A DNA stretch of 64,000 bases. It comes from Eledone cirrhosa. Lineage: Eukaryota. The notes below the pieces were generated by a model, which worked only from the letters and a program-made list of their open reading frames with translations, did no database searches and was not told where the DNA came from. The position numbers and the translations under genes are program-made. Below are positions 58,345 to 64,000 of the stretch, piece by piece (position 1 is the first letter of the stretch; every line of letters begins with the position of its first letter). The stretch spans positions 50,654,001 to 50,718,000 of the forward strand of contig OZ024747.1 of assembly GCA_964016885.1 (NCBI GenBank), in the 5' to 3' direction.

Positions 58345-58909
58345 TTAAGCATTCGTCGATAATAGTTAGGATGTGGCGGTGTAGATTACGAAATATTGTG
58401 TGTAATTCAGTCATTGTTCAACCATTTATAATTAACGAATCCTCTACACATTATTTGTGTTCTTCACTAGAGAGTGAGGGACAGAACAACAACAATAAAC
58501 GTGATGTTGTTCTGTTGTTGTTTAGTCGCAGACCCATGTTGGTCAGGCCAGTCTATAATCAAAATGTTCCAGCTAAAACTATCCCATCATATTTTCAAAT
58601 AATTTACGGATACGAAACTTCACCCTTGTGTGGTAAAATGGTAAAGTGTACTTCGAGGTGTACTTAATTGCTATTTCTAGCCAGTTGAGTTACCACTTAG
58701 AGACTCCTTTATTGGATCAATAACAAATATGTTTATACGGATGGATGTAGTCTAGTATAGATTTAAACATGGTTTCATTTAAACAAATATCTAAATAACA
58801 AAAGAACGAAAGGACTCCTGATATTTAAATGATTTATTTTACAGACCCTAATGCTACAATTTCTTCCCTACCAGGTTGTTATGGAACGAGAATATATATA
58901 TATGCATGC

Positions 58910-58941
<32 letters not shown>

Positions 58942-58943
<2 letters not shown>

Positions 58944-59131
58944 CGAAGGAAATGTGGTAAGGAACCAGATGGACCATAACGCACCAAAGTACTCAATACT
59001 TAGGGTAGTAGAGTGGGTAATAAGAACGAGTAGGACCCCGACGGCTGAGCTCAAGCCGTTTCGACGGCTAATTCTGGTCCAGAATTAGCCGTCGAAACGG
59101 CTTGATCTCAGCCGTCGGGGTCCTACTCGTT

Positions 59132-59133
<2 letters not shown>
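58942..59133 (+). mobile_element. Family A fold-back mini-insertion
   Basis: Same tail, fold at TTCTGG-T-CCAGAA (~59078), ends GTTCC-(TA)n. Confidence 0.92.
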
Positions 59134-59169
<36 letters not shown>

Positions 59170-59229
59170 TATATCACTGTTTGTCTGACGGTCTGTCTAT
59201 TTCTTTTTCTCTCTCTCTCTTCTTATCAG

Positions 59230-61735
59230 ACACACACAAACCCCAACCACAAAAAGAAAACTACAAACAGAAACAGTACACATAAAAAAACAAAACACAT
59301 TATACTAACATAAAAACAACAAACAAAGAACTAGTAGAAATTGTTTGAAAGGACACTACTATCCAAACGGAAGGGAAACCTTTCCTCACCAACAACCGAC
59401 CCCCAAACCTCAAACTGATCAGGGTAACAACCCTACAACATGAAACATTGAAAGGGACCTTCCCACATGATGTGGGGGCCCCCCTTGCCAAAAACCCCTT
59501 AGCCGTGTCCTGCTAAAAGGATTCCCTTCCCCCCCAAACACCCGCAATCTGGACGTGGAGATCGAACAAACCGACCTCCAGGAAACTAAAAGGTCAGTGT
59601 TCCTGCCTTTTCTCTCCCTAACTTTTCTTCACCAAAATGGCGACTATACAAGTTTGGATGTTTGAATGTACGTGGCCTGGGCATGCCTTAGAAACAGGGT
59701 CAGTTTTTAAATGACCTCAGGTCACATTGTATAGATGTGATAGCTATCACCGAGTCCAGGATTCATGACAAGTAGCAACTAACCCCATCTACGATGATTT
59801 TGAGATCTACGCATCTCCCTGTCAGCCAAGAGGTAGAGGAGGAGTTGCTGTTCTATTTTGAAATAACCTGGATCTCAAAATACAGACGATTAATTTGTAC
59901 CCGGAGGGCAGCCTGGTGGTCCTGGGCGTGAATGGTAGTGAATGTGGAGCATTTAGACTGGTGGCTTCATATGCCCCAACTGGGACATCGCGACCAGAGT
60001 TCTTCAAGCGTCTGGAGCCATTCCTGGGAACGTCTCGCTCTTTAGTGTTAGCGGGGGACTGGAATAGCATCTTAGACGCACGTTGGGATTACGTAGGAGC
60101 TTGTGATAATAGAGGGGAGTGTAATAGCCTAAATAATCTCATCAGCCAATTCCAACTGTCTGATAGATATCGACTAGATTTCCCAAATGCACCACTGTGG
60201 ACGTGGAGCAAACGCATTGGGTCTTCTAGATCGTATTTAGATAGATTTTTAATTAGTCAGAATGATAGGGAAACATTAAGCTGTCCAGAAATGCACATGG
60301 TTGCCTATTCAGACCACAAATTAGTCACCTGCATAGTCAACCTTGATAAAATACATACACAGGGACCCTGATACTGGAAGCTAAACATGTCGCTCCCGGC
60401 GCATAAGGCCTATAGTAAACGGATTAGCACCTTAGTTAAGAGCTAGTTGACGGGGGCCATTGCCAACAAAAGGTGGTGGAGCTCTCTCAAGAGAGCAATT
60501 AGAATAGAATTGATAGCATTTAGAAACGAAGTAGCTTTAGAAAAAAAAAAACTGAAAAGGTACTGGTAGCTAAAGTAGAAGAGGCACTTAGGAATGGCAG
60601 TACAGCTGACGTGCTAGCGGCGAGAACGGAACTAGATGGACGCATTCTACTTGAATCCAAGCAGACGCGCACGGCCTTCCAGCAGCACTTTGCACAACTG
60701 TTCAGGCAAAGGCGTACGTAGAGCGAGGTGATGGACTTCAGTTCATACCTCGACAGCGTACCGCGACTAACGAGCATGGATGCAGAGAGCTGCGAAAGGC
60801 CGATCACAGCAGGCGAAATAGAAGATGCCCTATGCCGCAAATCACCCGGTTTAGATGGTCTACCCTATGTGTTTTACATAAGCATGCCAGACTTGTTCTC
60901 TGGCGTCCTCGAAGCGGTCTACTGCAACTGGCAGAAGAACAGGAGGATTCCCAGTTATGTATGCAGAGGCGTAGTAACGCTGATCAGGAAAGATGAGAAA
61001 AAAGGGGAATGAGATAAGAAATTTCAGGCCCATAACTCAACACAGAGTTAAAGATTTTGGCCAAGGTGTTAGCAACGAGGCTGGCGCTTGTCGTCGAGAA
61101 CCTGGTAGGGGAAGCGTAAACGTGTGAAATCCCGACCAGGACATCGAAACCGTTCTGCACGCAATTGTTCAGTGCCCAGGGGTGACCGACCTGTGGAATT
61201 ATGTCAAACAGTTACTGTCACGTGTGGGACGCATCCAGTTGTCAACCGAGTCCATCGTGAGGATCACCCCACCGCCTTCATTTAAGAATGAAGGAGAAGG
61301 GAGAGGCGGTTTTCCTCTGTCTGGTGGCTATCATCCCCTTCTTTAAGTACCACTTCAGAAGGAAAGTGAGAGAATAGAGAGAGAGGTGGTACACCCCTGT
61401 AAATTCGCTGAAAGGTGAGTGAATGTGGCGAAAATGGCCCGGGTGAATGGGCCTTCTCTGTATATACACCTGTAGGTTGAGGAAGATAAACAGATGGAAG
61501 ACGGAAACACCTACAAAACGTGTCCTGGTGTTGAGGGTTGTTCTATCCACGGGGTGTAAAACAACCCCGCAGTAGCGTTACCCCTCACCCCCGCCGCTAA
61601 TGGGGATTTAAATTATTTTATTTTAATATAGTTTATTGTTATTTATCATTGTTAAAGATTTTATGTAAAACCCCCGCCGTCACGTCTTGTAATGTCCCAT
61701 TTTTGTGCACCCCTGTGGCAAATAAAGAAAGATAT
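59230..61735 (+). mobile_element. Degenerate Tx1/L1-like LINE: ORF1 end, APE, internally deleted RT, 3' UTR
   Basis: LNVRGL, ASYAP, LAGDWN, WTW, YLDRF, SDH, KSPGLDGLP, then a jump near 61140 to ETVLHAIVQCP; ends GGCAAATAAAGAAA-(TATC)n. Confidence 0.92.
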
Positions 61736-62115
61736 CTATCTATCTATCTCTGGGATGGACACACGCGTATAACTTGCTGAGTAAGTTCTGTTTAAATTTC
61801 TATAGAAATTCTTGTCTGTTAACTTTAATTTTTGTACCATTTTGTAGACTGACTGCCAGGTCAAACTTTGATCTGGTCAGTCTCTCAAAATATTCTACGC
61901 CTTTAGGCGAAATAGTTAAACAAAAAAAAGTTTTTTCTTGTTGAAAAGTTAATATTTTTTAAAATGGTTGAAGCTTCTTCACCAAAATTCGAAGGAGGAA
62001 AGGGGAAGATAAACTTACAGCTTCCCCTGCTACTGTCACAGTAGCAGAGGTCAAGAAGAAAGGTCAGCCAGAGGAAGAATTTTCTCCACCTGTTAACCGA
62101 CAACTTGACGTTGCC

Positions 62116-63714
62116 ATGGCAACAACCCAAAGAACCAGCGGCACCAGCAACAGCAACAACAACAACAATGCGACGGACGAAAACAACACCAATAAGAATA
62201 ACAACAACAACAAGACCAATAACTGTGACAACAACAACAATAATAACAACAACACCACCAACTACAACAACAACACAAACAAACAAAATTTCTCCTTCGC
62301 CGAGACGACAAGGAAAACCCTCGACTATCTGCCAGTAGATATAACCAAAGCGAAGGAGCTACTGGCAGATGCCAAAAAATATATAGTGTACGGAGAAAAT
62401 GGTTCATTCACAATCCATTCCCCCCCGGAACTAAAAAGCCAGAGACTCCTAAACACTGTCATGTTTAGGACAATCTCGAATAAAAGTAAAAAACCAGCTC
62501 AACCATCACAGAGTGAGATAGAGCTGGTTTTAAAAGACGTCATGAAGGACATCACCTTCATTCAGAAGGATAGACTCTACGGGAGTCTATCCATTCTCAT
62601 AAAGGACAGGGATACAGCAGTGAAACTGTCCATCAAACCAATCACATCCACCGCATACACCTTCTACCCTACGTACATGGGTAGAAGAACACAAAAAATA
62701 AAAATCCACACCATCCTGCTGATTATGGACATATGGTGGGTTTTGACAGGTTTCCTGGACCTGGAGGATGACATGCTGGTGTCCATGGGAAAGGCATCGG
62801 GTGACGCGTTCAGTGGAACGAGCCTCGAACTTGTAGTTCAAATGAGGCCCGAAAGGATCGCCCAGATCCCTGAACGCGTCAGACTGGATGATCTAACCTT
62901 CATCAACATTACCGTTGAGGGTAGACGGCCCTCGTGTTACCTCTGCGTAACCAGGGGTCACCTGAGTGCTGTCTGTCCCCAACTTAATAAGAAAACCCCA
63001 ATCCTGCCTACACCACCAACAACTGCACAACCAACACAATCACCACAACTACCACTACAAAAACAACCACCACAGCTCAAACCAAAACAAAACAATGTCC
63101 AACCCATCCCCTCCACTCAAAAAACAAAAACAATTTCCAAAACACCCGCACCGCAAACACAACCCGAAAATATACCCCTCCCCTCCAACGCGGAAGATGA
63201 CCCTAGTTCGTCGTCAGACGAGGAGGAGCACTTCCACACAATCAAAAGAAAAAAAAGAAAACACACCTCAGACACACAAATGAAAACAACCCCTCCCCAA
63301 AACATAACACTGACACCAACACAAAAAAGCTCACAACAACAGCAAACAAAAAACACCACACAAAAGCAAAAACATGCATACACATACATAAACACAAGAA
63401 ACAAAAAACTGTTAAACATTGTGTACAACAACAATCTAATAAAAACACAAGGGCCTAACTTCACCCAGGCAGGGGATTTCCCCCACCTCAAAATGATTAA
63501 GGCCCCACAGGACACCTATAAAACTTTAAAAAACAATTTTAAAGAGGACGTGGGTCCCCCCTGCGTCGGGCCCATTAACCGCGTCCTCCTAAAAAACTAC
63601 CCCACCCCTCCCCAAACACCCACACAACTCCAAACTCCCCAACCACACAACACACTGATGCCCCTACACTTCCACAAACCACCCTCCCACCCAACAACCC
63701 ATCCCCCAACCTAA
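62116..63714 (+). CDS. LINE (Tx1/L1-like) ORF1 protein with zinc knuckle
   Basis: Open 532-aa frame with CYLCVTRGHLSAVC (CCHC) and a P/Q-rich region, directly upstream of an APE ORF2. Confidence 0.88.
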   Translation: MATTQRTSGTSNSNNNNNATDENNTNKNNNNNKTNNCDNNNNNNNNTTNYNNNTNKQNFSFAETTRKTLDYLPVDITKAKELLADAKKYIVYGENGSFTIHSPPELKSQRLLNTVMFRTISNKSKKPAQPSQSEIELVLKDVMKDITFIQKDRLYGSLSILIKDRDTAVKLSIKPITSTAYTFYPTYMGRRTQKIKIHTILLIMDIWWVLTGFLDLEDDMLVSMGKASGDAFSGTSLELVVQMRPERIAQIPERVRLDDLTFINITVEGRRPSCYLCVTRGHLSAVCPQLNKKTPILPTPPTTAQPTQSPQLPLQKQPPQLKPKQNNVQPIPSTQKTKTISKTPAPQTQPENIPLPSNAEDDPSSSSDEEEHFHTIKRKKRKHTSDTQMKTTPPQNITLTPTQKSSQQQQTKNTTQKQKHAYTYINTRNKKLLNIVYNNNLIKTQGPNFTQAGDFPHLKMIKAPQDTYKTLKNNFKEDVGPPCVGPINRVLLKNYPTPPQTPTQLQTPQPHNTLMPLHFHKPPSHPTTHPPT

Positions 63715-63779
63715 TGGAAATTGTGCAGCCCGATACCCGGGACGCAGAGAGGTAAGTGCCTTTTCTCTTCACCACCAAC

Positions 63780-64000
63780 ATGGCTATGCTAAGAGTAGGC
63801 TGTTTAAATGTGCGTGGCCTGGGCTCAACTTGGAAGCAAGCAATGCTTCTAAATGACCTCAGGTCACAACGTATAGATGTGATGGTTATTTGCGAGGCCC
63901 AGATCAGCAACGTGCGACAGCTGGCCCCCACCTTTGATGACTTCGAGATGCACGCATCTCTCTGTCAGCCCGGAGTGGGGGTGGAGTTGTCGTTCTGCTG
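63780..64000 (+). CDS. LINE ORF2 N-terminus (APE endonuclease), runs off the window
   Basis: MAMLRVGCLNVRGL...IDVMVICE, APE motifs I-II. Confidence 0.85.
   Translation, partial: MAMLRVGCLNVRGLGSTWKQAMLLNDLRSQRIDVMVICEAQISNVRQLAPTFDDFEMHASLCQPGVGVELSFC

Overview
Repeat-saturated, AT-rich animal genomic DNA, most likely from a coleoid cephalopod (Octopus-like; inferred from SINE sequences and microsatellite load). No host protein-coding gene is confidently identified, and nearly all listed ORFs are microsatellite artefacts. The window holds a 5'-truncated Penelope-like retroelement (PLE; RT plus C-terminal GIY-YIG, minus strand, 6996-10130) with inverted pseudo-LTRs, and a second PLE endonuclease relic (15567-15905). 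It also has Tx1/L1-like, RTE, R4/Dong and CRE-like LINE fragments, about 25 tRNA-derived SINE copies, two TTAA-flanked MITEs and several satellites. The main hidden signal is a set of (TA)n-anchored fold-back insertions from at least five sequence families. Several carry type I hammerhead ribozyme (HHR) folds found by eye: one with a fully canonical core, others with core variants or large stem II insertions. Several share an 11-nt tail motif, and a ~5.2-kb 75-bp satellite appears to be an amplified degenerate HHR segment of such an element. All RNA folds are manual and untested.
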